Virus record (IMG/VR): IMGVR_UViG_3300045963_000248
Location: 20,510 to 84,509 of that record
DNA length: 64,000 nt
Direction: 5' to 3' (one strand)
Origin: a virus
Taxonomy: Duplodnaviria > Heunggongvirae > Uroviricota > Caudoviricetes
The notes under the pieces were generated by a model. The model was not told the DNA's origin. It did not search any database and saw nothing but the letters and a program-made list of their open reading frames with translations. How positions within the stretch are numbered: the stretch's first letter is position 1; each line of letters begins with the position of its first letter. The position numbers and the translations under genes are program-made. Positions 18,297 through 28,133 of this stretch are shown here, one piece after another.

Positions 18297-19052
18297 ATGG
18301 CATCATCTGGTAAATTCGGGATTAAGAAATTACAAAAATCTTCGGGTTCGCTGGGAGTGTTCGATATTATCGACGATTCACAAATACGTATTATTGTGGA
18401 AAATGCGGGCGTAACCAATATTGTAGCTGTATACGGAAAAATACAGGGACAGAATTCTTACCAGCTTTTAGACACAGTAGTGGGCAGTACAAATAAACTC
18501 ATCGATGTTTCTTTGTATGATTTTTTAGATTTAGAAGTAGTTACTTACGACTCAAATAGTAATTATATAGATATTGCAGGTTCTGGATTTAGCAATGTAA
18601 CAGTTTCTGGAGGCGGGGGAGGTCCCGCGAGCAGCGTAACGGTTACGAATTTTCCAAATCCGCAGAATGTAGTTGTAACAAATGCTCCACACGTAATTGT
18701 AGATAATTTACCTGTAGGAGTTACTAAGAGTGTTTTTAACGAGGTTTTAGCAGTAGCTAGTGGGGTAACAACAGTATTAATTACCTATACTGTACCAGCA
18801 GGAAAAACTGCAGTATTGGAAAAAGCTTTCGCATCCGGGGACAATATTGGACAATATAATGTCTTTGTAAACGGAGTGAGAATAGATAGCATGAAAACTT
18901 ATTTTGGCGGAGCTTTAAACGTTAATTTTGATTTCAGCTCAGGTTATAGCGGATACGCATTAGCAACTGGAGACGTAGTAGTAGTAAAAGTTTTACATAC
19001 TAGACCAACTCCTGGAGATTTTACAGCAAGAATACAAATATCGGAGAATTAA
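18297..19052 (+). CDS. fibre-like structural protein (Gly-run SGGGGGP)
   Basis: 251 aa, beta-rich composition similar to N-terminus of 25385 protein (GVFDIIDDSQIRIIVENAG vs GEFDVTSYDKIVFSTEHAG). Confidence 0.5.
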   Translation: MASSGKFGIKKLQKSSGSLGVFDIIDDSQIRIIVENAGVTNIVAVYGKIQGQNSYQLLDTVVGSTNKLIDVSLYDFLDLEVVTYDSNSNYIDIAGSGFSNVTVSGGGGGPASSVTVTNFPNPQNVVVTNAPHVIVDNLPVGVTKSVFNEVLAVASGVTTVLITYTVPAGKTAVLEKAFASGDNIGQYNVFVNGVRIDSMKTYFGGALNVNFDFSSGYSGYALATGDVVVVKVLHTRPTPGDFTARIQISEN

Positions 19053-19053
19053 A

Positions 19054-19224
19054 ATGACACCATTAGAAAAAAAGAAAATTGAAGTTGAATTATTAAGAGT
19101 AAATGCGGCAAAAGAAGAAATGTATCTAAAGATTTTAGAAAGCGAAGAGCAAATTGAAAGATTAAAAAGTTTAGCAAAAATACAAGAAACAAAAGAAATA
19201 GAATTAAAAGAAAAATTAAAATAA
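19054..19224 (+). CDS. small coiled-coil protein (56 aa, below ORF-track cutoff)
   Basis: ATG 19054 overlaps upstream stop; MTPLEKKKIEVELLRVNAAKEEMYLKILESEEQIERLKSLAKIQETKEIELKEKLK. Confidence 0.35.
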   Translation: MTPLEKKKIEVELLRVNAAKEEMYLKILESEEQIERLKSLAKIQETKEIELKEKLK

Positions 19225-19274
19225 CAAAAATAGATACACCTAATGTGTATTATTAATTAAAGGGAGAGAGATAG

Positions 19275-20171
19275 ATGTCAGATTTAAACAGTTCATTACC
19301 AGTCCGGACCGAAAATGACGGGGATGTAGTAGTAAAGATTTCGGATGCCACGGTTACGAGTCAAAAGTTAGCAGTAAATTCAGATGGATCTGTAAATATT
19401 ACTGATAATGGTGCAAGTTTAACAGTAGACGGTACAGTAGAATTAGGCGCTACAAGCTTAGCAGCTCTAGAATCTATTACAGTACAAAACGGTTCAGGCG
19501 GCGCTGCAGTAAATATCCAAGATGGTGGTAACTCAATTACTGTCGATGGTACTGTAGAGTTAGGAGCAACTTCACTTGCTGCTTTAGAAAGTATCACAGT
19601 ACAAAACGGTGCTGGCGGATCTGCGGTAAATATTCAAGATGGTGGAAACAGTATTACAGTAGATGGTACTCTAACAGTAACTGCTACTGCTTTAGATATT
19701 AGAGCATTAGCTTTTGCAACAGATAAAGCTGATGTAAGCGGATCTATTGTTGGCGCAGATTTAAGAATTGCAGGTGCTGCAGTTACAACTTTAAATCCAG
19801 TACCAGTAGTAATGAGTACATCTCTTCCGGGAACAGCAGTACAAGATTATGCAACAGGTTCTTCAATAGCAGCAGCGGCTTCTTCAACTCATGATTATAC
19901 TGTATCAGCTTTAAAAAGTTTACAGTTATCAAGAGTTTGGGCTTCAGCTTCTGGTAAAATAAAAGTAGTAGTTCAATACGAAACTGCAGCAGCTTCTGGA
20001 ACATTCAATACTAAATTTGTAGGTTTTAATTCTACTGCTAATCCAAATGTTGATATTACAATTGTATCTCCTTTTACTCAAGTAACAGGCGCTAAAATAA
20101 GAGTAATAATTACTAACTTAGATAAATCAGCAGAAGATGTTTACTCGACAATTGAAGGAACTGAAGTTTAA
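19275..20171 (+). CDS. structural protein with 40-aa tandem repeat
   Basis: LTVDGTVELGATSLAALESITVQNGxGGxAVNIQDGGNSI repeated twice in tandem. Confidence 0.55.
   Translation: MSDLNSSLPVRTENDGDVVVKISDATVTSQKLAVNSDGSVNITDNGASLTVDGTVELGATSLAALESITVQNGSGGAAVNIQDGGNSITVDGTVELGATSLAALESITVQNGAGGSAVNIQDGGNSITVDGTLTVTATALDIRALAFATDKADVSGSIVGADLRIAGAAVTTLNPVPVVMSTSLPGTAVQDYATGSSIAAAASSTHDYTVSALKSLQLSRVWASASGKIKVVVQYETAAASGTFNTKFVGFNSTANPNVDITIVSPFTQVTGAKIRVIITNLDKSAEDVYSTIEGTEV
19422..19661 (+). repeat. 2 x 120-nt tandem repeat inside CDS 19275..20171
   Basis: near-identical 120-nt units read directly from sequence. Confidence 0.7.
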
Positions 20172-20183
20172 TTAGGATTATAA

Positions 20184-20594
20184 ATGGCGGATCTAACTGA
20201 ATTACAAGCAGCATTACCCTCTAAGATCATAGGAAGTGATCTTACTGGTAATGAGACAAACGCAGTAAATGCTACTCCTACTGGTGACTTAACAGTATCA
20301 GATGGACTTAGTGCTGGCGGGCTTGTCGGCAATTTAAATTTGGTTACAGCTAATACAGCTTACGAAGCAAAAGTTTCGACTAGTAGATTAACAAATAGAA
20401 AGATTTTAACAATAGTAGCATTCGATGCTGATATGTTTTTTGGAATGAGTAATACTGTAACTACAAGTACAGGATTTCCCCTCTATAAAGGACAATCAGT
20501 ATCGTTTTCTATTGATGCAAACTCTCCAACATTTCAAGTGTGGTTAGTTTGCTCTGGTGCAAATAAAAATGCAAGAATAATGGAGACTCCATAA
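20184..20594 (+). CDS. hypothetical structural protein
   Basis: 136 aa, coupled to neighbours. Confidence 0.45.
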   Translation: MADLTELQAALPSKIIGSDLTGNETNAVNATPTGDLTVSDGLSAGGLVGNLNLVTANTAYEAKVSTSRLTNRKILTIVAFDADMFFGMSNTVTTSTGFPLYKGQSVSFSIDANSPTFQVWLVCSGANKNARIMETP

Positions 20595-20920
20595 TGTCAG
20601 ATAAAATGAAATTATCGCAAGTGGCAAAGTCAGTACCATTTGACAACACGGGTACAAGTTTTGTATCTACGAATGTTCAAGACGCAATAGTAGAAGCTCC
20701 AACATTAGCTTCAGGCGGCGGAAGTGGTTTAATTCCTGAATACACTACCGATCCAGTATCTCCTGTAGCTGGGCAAGTTTGGGTAAAAGCAAGCACTACG
20801 ACTGAAGGTACTCCTATGGGATTACTTTTAGCAATTACAAAAGAGATTACAGTAGTTACAGGATATCAATTAAGTTATAAAACAACAGAAGGTACGATTG
20901 TTCGTACAACTTTAGCATAA
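20594..20920 (+). CDS. hypothetical structural protein
   Basis: 108 aa, ATGTCA overlap. Confidence 0.45.
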   Translation: MSDKMKLSQVAKSVPFDNTGTSFVSTNVQDAIVEAPTLASGGGSGLIPEYTTDPVSPVAGQVWVKASTTTEGTPMGLLLAITKEITVVTGYQLSYKTTEGTIVRTTLA

Positions 20921-20928
20921 GGATAAAT

Positions 20929-21564
20929 GTGAAAACAGCAAACTGTTTACATTGTACAAAAGAATACACTACTAGAAAACTAACTCAAAAGTTTTGCGCT
21001 AAATCTTGTGCAAATAGTGCTAAAAAAGGTATCACATGTTCTCCTGCAACTCAATTTAAAAAAGGATCAGTTCCAGTTAATAAAAAAGAAAGTATAAAAA
21101 AAGTTTGTAAGTGCGGTAAAGAATTTGAAGTTAAGCCTTCAGAGGATAGAATTAAATCATGCTCTCAATCTTGTGCTAAAAAAGGATTACCTTCTCCTAA
21201 TAAAGGTAAAAAAGCATCTGAGGAAACTAGAAAAAAACAAAGAGATTCAAAATTAGGAATTAGAGGAGAAGCTCACTGGAACTATCGAGGTTATAAAAAT
21301 AAAAATGAGCGTAAAATTGCAATAGCTCAAGATGAATACAAACAATGGAGATTAGCAATATTCAAAAGAGATGAGTATACTTGTCAAATTTGTAATATTA
21401 AAGGTGGTACATTGCAAGCAGACCATATTGTACCATGGTGTATAAATAAAGAATTAAGATATGATATTAATAATGGAAGAACTTTGTGCATAGAATGTCA
21501 CAGAAAGACTCCAACTTATGGTGTAAAAGCTATAAAATATAAGGAGATTAAAAATGAGCGATAA
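20929..21564 (+). CDS. HNH endonuclease with multiple N-terminal Cys pairs
   Basis: CxxC x several; CQICNIKGGTLQADHIVPW...GRTLCIECHRK HNH motif; inserted between structural genes. Confidence 0.7.
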   Translation: MKTANCLHCTKEYTTRKLTQKFCAKSCANSAKKGITCSPATQFKKGSVPVNKKESIKKVCKCGKEFEVKPSEDRIKSCSQSCAKKGLPSPNKGKKASEETRKKQRDSKLGIRGEAHWNYRGYKNKNERKIAIAQDEYKQWRLAIFKRDEYTCQICNIKGGTLQADHIVPWCINKELRYDINNGRTLCIECHRKTPTYGVKAIKYKEIKNER

Positions 21565-24562
21565 CCTACCAGTAAGTCCGGGAACCGGCGCGACAATAGC
21601 AGCCGACGATGTTGGGGGAGTTTTACATCAAAGAGTAAAAGTAGTAATAGGAGCAGACGGAGTTTCTGATGGAGATATTTCAGCAGCTAATCCAATGCCA
21701 GTTACAGGTACTGTTGCAATCTCGAATTCATCAGTAGAAATATCAAATGACGTAGGCAATCCTATTCCAGTTTCTGGAACTGTAGCTATTTCCAATTCTA
21801 GTATTGAAATAGCAAATGATGTTGGAAATCCAGTTCCTGTAAATGGAACAGTAACAGCTAACGCCGGTACAAATTTAAATACATCTGCACTGAATCTAGA
21901 AACTACACAAGCTGCAATGTCAGCCAAACTTCCAGCAACTTTAGGAGCTAAAACTACTGCCAATTCTTTAGCTGTAAATATAGCTTCAGACCAGACAGTT
22001 CCAGTTTCAGGAACCGTTACAGCCAATTTAGGAACTATTGCCGGAGCTAGCACTTCAGCTTTACAAACTACAGGTAACTCTAGTTTAAGTTCTATAGATA
22101 CAAAAACACCAGCGCTAGGACAGGCTTTAGCAGCAGCTAGTACTCCTGTAGTTTTAACTGCAGCTCAAATAGCAACATTAACTCCATTAAGTTCAGTTTC
22201 TGTTTCAAATTTTCCGGCAACTCAACCAGTAAGCATTGCAGCTTCTGTAGCAGTTACTGGACCGCTAACAGATACACAATTAAGAGCTACTGCAGTTCCA
22301 GTTTCGGGAACAGTAGCTGTTTCAACTTTACCAGCAATACCAGCAGGTACGAACGTTATAGGGCACGTTATAGTAGATTCTGCTCCAACTACAACCGTAA
22401 CAGGTACAGTTACTTCAAACATTGGTACAGGTAACTTAACCGGAATTACAAATACAGTAGTTGTAAAAGCAGATACATTAGTAAATCAAACTAACGCTTT
22501 TAAAGTGGATGGTTCCGCAGTAACTCAACCTGTATCAGGTACAGTAGCTATCTCGGGAACTCCTAACGTAGCTGTGACTTCTTTACCTGCATTACCAACT
22601 GGTGCTAATACAATTGGTGCAATTTCGAATACAGCTTTTACAGCAAACGCCGGAACGAATTTAAATACTTCAGCGTTAAATTTAGAAACAACTCAAGCTG
22701 CAATGTCAGCAAAATTACCGGCAAGTTTAGGTGCTAAAACTACAGCTAACTCACTGGCAGTAAATATCGCATCTGACCAGACAGTTCCAGTATCTTCTAC
22801 GACTTTAGCAACATCCGCATTGCAAACTTCTGGAAATGCCCTACTCACCACAATTGCAGCAAATACTGGCGCGCAGAGTGTGGATACTTTACAGACGGGG
22901 ACAATTACCGCATTAAACGGTAACGTAGCTATAAACGCACAAGGGGCTTACACTGTTTTAGCTCAATTAACTGGAACGTGGGTAGGTACTGTTATATTTG
23001 AAGGACTTCTCCCGGATGCAACTACGTGGCAACAGCTTCCAGCGTCCATAGTTACGGCTTCACTACCGTATGCTTCTACTTTCTCAACTACTGCTAACGG
23101 GGTTTTCCTAATTACTGGTGGTGGATATACACAAATAAGAACAAGAGCATCTTTATTTACATCTGGAACAATTTCAGTTGCATTAAATGCTTCGCTAGCT
23201 CAACAAACTATTTTATCTTCACAACTTGGACAGTGGAACGTAAATCCAGCAGTACCAACTTTTCAAAATACAACCGCAGCACTTGGATCAGGTGCAACTT
23301 TTACATCTCAAACTTTCGATACAATAGATGGAAGAGCATATGTTTCTTATTCAGCATTTTCAGTTACAACATTAACAATTTATTTTGATGCTTCAGCGGA
23401 TGGAACTAATTGGTATACTGCTGACACTTACCAAGTAGCTGCCGGATCTTCTAATTATTCTTGTCACAAAACATCAGGAAGGTACTCACGAGTTAGAGTT
23501 GTGAACGGATCAGTTGCAAATGCCGGCGGTATTGCAAATCTATCGGTAAGCTTTGCTCAATCGTCAGTTGGATCTGAAACAGATATTATGGTAGTTGACG
23601 CTTTTGGGAATCCAATCAATTCAGTTTTATCAGCAGGGCTATACAACCTAGCAGTAGCGCAAGGTGCGACAAATTACGTAGCTTCTTCAGTGAATAGTTC
23701 AGTAGCTCAGTTAGCAGCATCTGCAACATTTACAGGAACTCCAGAATCTACATTTAACCAGCAATCATATTCAATTTTAGTAACTTCAGATCAAAACATG
23801 ACGCTGACAGTATTACAATATATTGATGCTGCTGGAACTAAGGTAATCTCCTCTATTCCATATTCTATTATAGCGGGTGCTCCTTTTGCTAGATCTGGTG
23901 TTTTAAATGGTAACTATTGTAAAGTTACAGTTCAAAATAACGGCGCATCTGCAACAACTACTTTTCAAATTGATACTGCTTACGGAACTATCCCGTCAGC
24001 TACTCAATTAAATAACGCTCCGTGTGCAATTAATGAAATAAATGGAGTAGCATTTTCAACTACTACAAAAAATGCACAGGCAACTAACGTACTCCCAACT
24101 CAAGATTTACATAATTCAGGTAGAAATACTACAAATTATTTTATGGCAGCTCAGGTAATTTCTTCGTCTACAGATACTCTAGTTTCGCTTACAGGTTACA
24201 AATCCGGAGCAGCAGTTACAGCAACAACAACTCCAGCGGTTGTTACAGCAGGTAAAACTTTCAGAGTTACTTCTATAACTTTAACTTATATTGGTATTGC
24301 AACAGCAGGATCGATTCGCTTTACACTGAGAGCAAATACAGGGGGTGTGGTAGCAATTGGATCTCCAGTAGTAGATAACTGGATTATAGGAACTTCTTCT
24401 GCAACCGCAGGGGTATCTTCCACAATTTCCATACCGATTCCAGAAGGAATAGAATTTGCAGCAGGTACAGGAATTGGCTTATCTATTTTAGGATTAGGAG
24501 CGACAGGTACCGCAGCAGCGGTAGGATACGGAGTAGCAGTTATTAAAGGGTACGAATACTAG
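21554..24562 (+). CDS. tail fibre protein (1002 aa) with internal ~55-aa duplication
   Basis: T/S/A/N-rich; NAGTNLNTSALNLETTQAAMSAKLPA(T/S)LGAKTTANSLAVNIASDQTVPVS present twice. Confidence 0.65.
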   Translation: MSDNLPVSPGTGATIAADDVGGVLHQRVKVVIGADGVSDGDISAANPMPVTGTVAISNSSVEISNDVGNPIPVSGTVAISNSSIEIANDVGNPVPVNGTVTANAGTNLNTSALNLETTQAAMSAKLPATLGAKTTANSLAVNIASDQTVPVSGTVTANLGTIAGASTSALQTTGNSSLSSIDTKTPALGQALAAASTPVVLTAAQIATLTPLSSVSVSNFPATQPVSIAASVAVTGPLTDTQLRATAVPVSGTVAVSTLPAIPAGTNVIGHVIVDSAPTTTVTGTVTSNIGTGNLTGITNTVVVKADTLVNQTNAFKVDGSAVTQPVSGTVAISGTPNVAVTSLPALPTGANTIGAISNTAFTANAGTNLNTSALNLETTQAAMSAKLPASLGAKTTANSLAVNIASDQTVPVSSTTLATSALQTSGNALLTTIAANTGAQSVDTLQTGTITALNGNVAINAQGAYTVLAQLTGTWVGTVIFEGLLPDATTWQQLPASIVTASLPYASTFSTTANGVFLITGGGYTQIRTRASLFTSGTISVALNASLAQQTILSSQLGQWNVNPAVPTFQNTTAALGSGATFTSQTFDTIDGRAYVSYSAFSVTTLTIYFDASADGTNWYTADTYQVAAGSSNYSCHKTSGRYSRVRVVNGSVANAGGIANLSVSFAQSSVGSETDIMVVDAFGNPINSVLSAGLYNLAVAQGATNYVASSVNSSVAQLAASATFTGTPESTFNQQSYSILVTSDQNMTLTVLQYIDAAGTKVISSIPYSIIAGAPFARSGVLNGNYCKVTVQNNGASATTTFQIDTAYGTIPSATQLNNAPCAINEINGVAFSTTTKNAQATNVLPTQDLHNSGRNTTNYFMAAQVISSSTDTLVSLTGYKSGAAVTATTTPAVVTAGKTFRVTSITLTYIGIATAGSIRFTLRANTGGVVAIGSPVVDNWIIGTSSATAGVSSTISIPIPEGIEFAAGTGIGLSILGLGATGTAAAVGYGVAVIKGYEY
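21853..22035 (+). repeat. internal duplication copy A in fibre gene
   Basis: ~80% nt identity to 22637..22797; differences mostly synonymous. Confidence 0.6.
22637..22797 (+). repeat. internal duplication copy B in fibre gene
   Basis: see copy A. Confidence 0.6.
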
Positions 24563-24571
24563 GAGTAAAAT

Positions 24572-24958
24572 ATGATTAATTCAACTTATAACCCACTTAG
24601 CGTAGCTGAATTTGACAAGTCAAAAATGGCTTTTAACGGACAAAAAGTAAAAGCTATAGTTCCGGCGGGAACAGTAATGAATATTGATTTACCGCTAACT
24701 GACGACCATTTAATTACAGGTGCTATGATTAATTTAGATGGTAACGTTCCCGGGGATGAAATTAAATTTCACATTGTTCACCCGGTATACGGAATTGTAA
24801 ATACATTTATTAACTGGTATGCAGCAGATTTTAACAAAGAAATACCGTACCCGGCTAAGCTTCCAGCGGGATTAATTATTAGAATTGCTTACACTTCCAC
24901 GGGAACTGCAGACGTAAATATTTACGCTAACTTTTCCTTACACAAGGTATTGGTATAA
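24572..24958 (+). CDS. hypothetical structural protein
   Basis: 128 aa, follows fibre. Confidence 0.45.
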   Translation: MINSTYNPLSVAEFDKSKMAFNGQKVKAIVPAGTVMNIDLPLTDDHLITGAMINLDGNVPGDEIKFHIVHPVYGIVNTFINWYAADFNKEIPYPAKLPAGLIIRIAYTSTGTADVNIYANFSLHKVLV

Positions 24959-25383
24959 TGTTAATTATTACAAGTTCACCTAAAAAATGGAAACTCGGAG
25001 CACAGTTAATTAAGTTTTATCAAAAAACTGAGTTTTCTCATATTGCTATTGTAAAAGGGCAGTTGGTATTCCAAGCTAGCCACGGTTATGTAAACTGTAT
25101 GCATGTGGATACTTTTTTAGAAGATAATAAAGTAATTAATAAATTCAAAATTCCAGAGTCTGCGGTAGATATGAATTATGTTTACCACCAATTAGGTAAA
25201 AAATATAGTTATCAGCAAATCTTTCAAATAGCATTAAAATACCTTACCGGAATTACAATAAGAATTAAAAACAATAAATTTATCTGCTCAGAATTTGTAG
25301 GGAAAGCTTTACATTTAGATTGGGTAGATGATTTTACAACACCAAAACAAATATCAGATTATTTAGAAAAAATAGGAAAATAA
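24958..25383 (+). CDS. hypothetical protein; possible permuted papain-like (His-then-Cys) peptidase
   Basis: FSHIAIV ... CSEFVG spacing resembles YiiX/permuted NlpC-P60-like enzymes; weak. Confidence 0.35.
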   Translation: MLIITSSPKKWKLGAQLIKFYQKTEFSHIAIVKGQLVFQASHGYVNCMHVDTFLEDNKVINKFKIPESAVDMNYVYHQLGKKYSYQQIFQIALKYLTGITIRIKNNKFICSEFVGKALHLDWVDDFTTPKQISDYLEKIGK

Positions 25384-25384
25384 T

Positions 25385-27622
25385 ATGGCTATTGGAAAAG
25401 TAAGTTTAGATAAATTAATTACCAGTACCCAAAGTCTCGGGGAATTCGACGTTACTTCCTACGATAAAATAGTCTTCAGCACAGAACATGCTGGACCTAC
25501 TTTTGAAATTGAAGTTAAAGGTCGATTAGCAGGAGAGCATACATTTACTCCTATCGACGTAATGACTGGCTTGTCTCCAAAAACAATAAATATAATTCAA
25601 TGGGATTATATTCAAATTAATGTAGTAGTATATGATAGTACTTCTAATTTTGTACATTTAGTTGGCTCTGGAACAGATTCTGAAAACATTGCTTCAGGAG
25701 CTGGAATCGGTGTAATAAACGTTCCTGCAGGGACAAATCTCGTTAACGTTTCAGAAATGACTTTCACAAGCTCGGACTCTTCTGTAACTATCACAGGAAA
25801 TACAGCAACAAATACAATTAATATTCAAGCACCGACAGGTTCCGGAACTGTAACTCTAAACGGAGTACAGACTCTTACAAATAAAACATTAACAGCTCCA
25901 GTAATTACTTCTCCAACTGGAATTGTAAAAGCAGACGTAGGTTTAGGAAACGTTGTAAACAGCGATACTAGCACTACTGCAAATATTACAGATTCTTCTA
26001 ATAAAAGATTTATTACAGATGCACAGCAAACAGTATTAGGGAATACTTCAGGTACAAACACCGGCGACCAAACAACTATTTCAGGAAACGCAGCTACTGC
26101 AACAGCTTTACAAACTGTAAGAACAATTGCGGGGACGAGTTTCGACGGTACGGCAAATATTTCTATCGATCACGTAAATTTACAAAACATTGGCACAAAT
26201 ACTCACGCACAAATTGATACAGCTCTATCACGTTTAGCAAATACTTCAGGGACAAATACCGGAGATCAAGATTTAAGCGGGTACGTTCCAAATACAAGAA
26301 CTGTAAATGGGCATACTTTATCTGCAGATGTTACAGTTACAAAAAGTGATGTTGGTCTTTCTAACGTTCCAAATGTGGACGCTACAGCTAGAGCAAATCA
26401 TACAGGCACACAATTAGCAGCTACAATTTCAGATTTTAGCTCTGCAGCAAAATCAGCAACAGTAGCAGATGCAATTGTAAATGGTGTAGTAGATGTTGCA
26501 CCTTCTCAAAATGCAGTATTCGATGCATTAGCTTTAAAAGCAGATGCTTCCGCATTATCTAGTTATATTTTAACTTCCCAAAAAGGTGTAGCAAACGGAG
26601 TAGCAACTCTAGATGCTAGCACTTTAATTCCTATTACACAAATTCCCCCGGCAGCTCTGGAGCGATTAGTAATTGTAGCAGATCAAACTGCAAGATTTGC
26701 CCTTACGACAGCTACTGTACAAAACGGGGACACAGTAAAACAAAATGATACTTTAGTAATGTATTTTGTAATAGATGATACAAATTTAAGTAATTCAGCA
26801 GGGTATTCAATTTATACCGCTGGAACTGCGACTTCAGTAGCATGGTCAGGAATTACAGGTATTCCCGCTCCGGTAACAGCTCTTTCGGGAACTAACACTG
26901 GAGATCAAACTACTATTACCGGAAACGCCGGTAGTGCTACAGTATTACAAACTGCAAGAACTATTTCAGGAACTTCATTTAATGGTTCTGCAAATATTGT
27001 AATAGATCACACCGGCTTAAGCAGCATTGGCACAAATACTCACGCGCAAATCGATACAGCGCTTACCCGATTAGCTAATACTTCTGGCACGAATACCGGC
27101 GACCAAACTATAACTTTATCAGGTGACGTTTCAGGCTCGGGAACAGGAGCAATTACAGCAAGCATTTCTAATACCACAGTAACGGGAAAACTCCTTACTG
27201 GGTATTCTTCTACTACTGGAACTATCACAGCTTCAGATTCTATTTTAACAGCTATAAACAAGTTAAATGGCAACATGGCAGTCGGCGTAACTGGAGATAT
27301 CAATCTAACTACTTTTTCCGCAGCTAATAACCAGGCTACAGTAGCTAACGTTACAGGATTAGCCTTTGCAGCGGGAACAATTCGAGGATTTGAAGCCATA
27401 GTTTCAGTAGCAATAAACGCTACAACGCCTTTAAATGCCATTTTCAAATTACAAGGCATCCAATTAGCTTCTGGATTCGTAATGTCAGCCGATTTTACAG
27501 GTGACGATACGGGTGTAGTATTTACAATAACTTCCGCTGGACAAGTTCAGTATACAAGTGCTTCAAGTGCAGGATTTGTATCAAATAAAGTGTCTTTTAG
27601 GGCTATGGTTACTCAAGTATAA
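25385..27622 (+). CDS. tail fibre protein (745 aa) with internal ~75-aa duplication
   Basis: shares LTNKT(L/F)T(A/S)PVI(T/N)SPTGI(V/T)KADVGLGNV domain with 12082 gene; GTNTHAQIDTAL(S/T)RLANTSGTNTGDQ twice. Confidence 0.65.
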   Translation: MAIGKVSLDKLITSTQSLGEFDVTSYDKIVFSTEHAGPTFEIEVKGRLAGEHTFTPIDVMTGLSPKTINIIQWDYIQINVVVYDSTSNFVHLVGSGTDSENIASGAGIGVINVPAGTNLVNVSEMTFTSSDSSVTITGNTATNTINIQAPTGSGTVTLNGVQTLTNKTLTAPVITSPTGIVKADVGLGNVVNSDTSTTANITDSSNKRFITDAQQTVLGNTSGTNTGDQTTISGNAATATALQTVRTIAGTSFDGTANISIDHVNLQNIGTNTHAQIDTALSRLANTSGTNTGDQDLSGYVPNTRTVNGHTLSADVTVTKSDVGLSNVPNVDATARANHTGTQLAATISDFSSAAKSATVADAIVNGVVDVAPSQNAVFDALALKADASALSSYILTSQKGVANGVATLDASTLIPITQIPPAALERLVIVADQTARFALTTATVQNGDTVKQNDTLVMYFVIDDTNLSNSAGYSIYTAGTATSVAWSGITGIPAPVTALSGTNTGDQTTITGNAGSATVLQTARTISGTSFNGSANIVIDHTGLSSIGTNTHAQIDTALTRLANTSGTNTGDQTITLSGDVSGSGTGAITASISNTTVTGKLLTGYSSTTGTITASDSILTAINKLNGNMAVGVTGDINLTTFSAANNQATVANVTGLAFAAGTIRGFEAIVSVAINATTPLNAIFKLQGIQLASGFVMSADFTGDDTGVVFTITSAGQVQYTSASSAGFVSNKVSFRAMVTQV
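26048..26285 (+). repeat. internal duplication copy 1 in fibre gene 25385..27622
   Basis: matches 26888..27110 at protein and nt level. Confidence 0.55.
26888..27110 (+). repeat. internal duplication copy 2 in fibre gene 25385..27622
   Basis: see copy 1. Confidence 0.55.
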
Positions 27623-27627
27623 CTAAA

Positions 27628-27664
27628 TACATAAAATTAGAGTATTTTTAACAACTTAATGTAG
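27628..27664 (+). promoter_or_regulatory. phage late-promoter motif copy 9
   Basis: TACATA 27628..27633, N14, TTAACAACTTA 27648..27658, TAG 27662..27664. Confidence 0.55.
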
Positions 27665-27681
27665 GACAAAAGGAGAACGAA

Positions 27682-28107
27682 ATGAAAGAATTTACAGACT
27701 TACTTAAAAAGAAAGCCGCAGAGCAAGCAGATGCTCCAAAAAGCTCACATGAAATGGAAGCAAAAGCATCAGCTATTAAATCGTTAATGGCAAGCTTAAA
27801 AGATCACATGGGTGGAGAATTAAAAGACGGTTTGAAAAAAGTAACTGTCGCTTCTAATTCACCGGAGGGTCTTGAAAAGGGTTTGGACCTAGCGAAAAAA
27901 GTAGTTCCGACAGGCATGGATCATAGTGCTCCAACTCCAAAAGGTGTTGAAGAATTAATGCACGAAAATGATGATGAAGAAATGGATGAATCTCCAGAAA
28001 TGGAAGCATCTGAAGATGAGTCAGCAGAAAATGGTTCTGACGAAGAAAGAAAAATTGCAGAACTTGAAAAACAACTTATGGAATTAAAAGCTAAAAAAAT
28101 GGCTTAA
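27682..28107 (+). CDS. acidic coiled-coil protein (assembly/scaffold-like)
   Basis: 141 aa, D/E-rich C-terminus, SD aaggag. Confidence 0.45.
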   Translation: MKEFTDLLKKKAAEQADAPKSSHEMEAKASAIKSLMASLKDHMGGELKDGLKKVTVASNSPEGLEKGLDLAKKVVPTGMDHSAPTPKGVEELMHENDDEEMDESPEMEASEDESAENGSDEERKIAELEKQLMELKAKKMA

Positions 28108-28133
28108 TAGCATTCCAGCTAATAGGACTATAA

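Noticed and set aside
19234-19250. Short hairpin ATACAC-CTAAT-GTGTAT after the 56-aa ORF
   Set aside because: 6-bp AT-rich stem without a proper U-run. Too weak to call a terminator.
21853-22797. Possible DGR template/variable repeat pair in the fibre gene
   Set aside because: No reverse transcriptase in the window, both copies are in-frame inside one ORF, and differences are mostly synonymous and not adenine-specific. This is an ordinary internal duplication.
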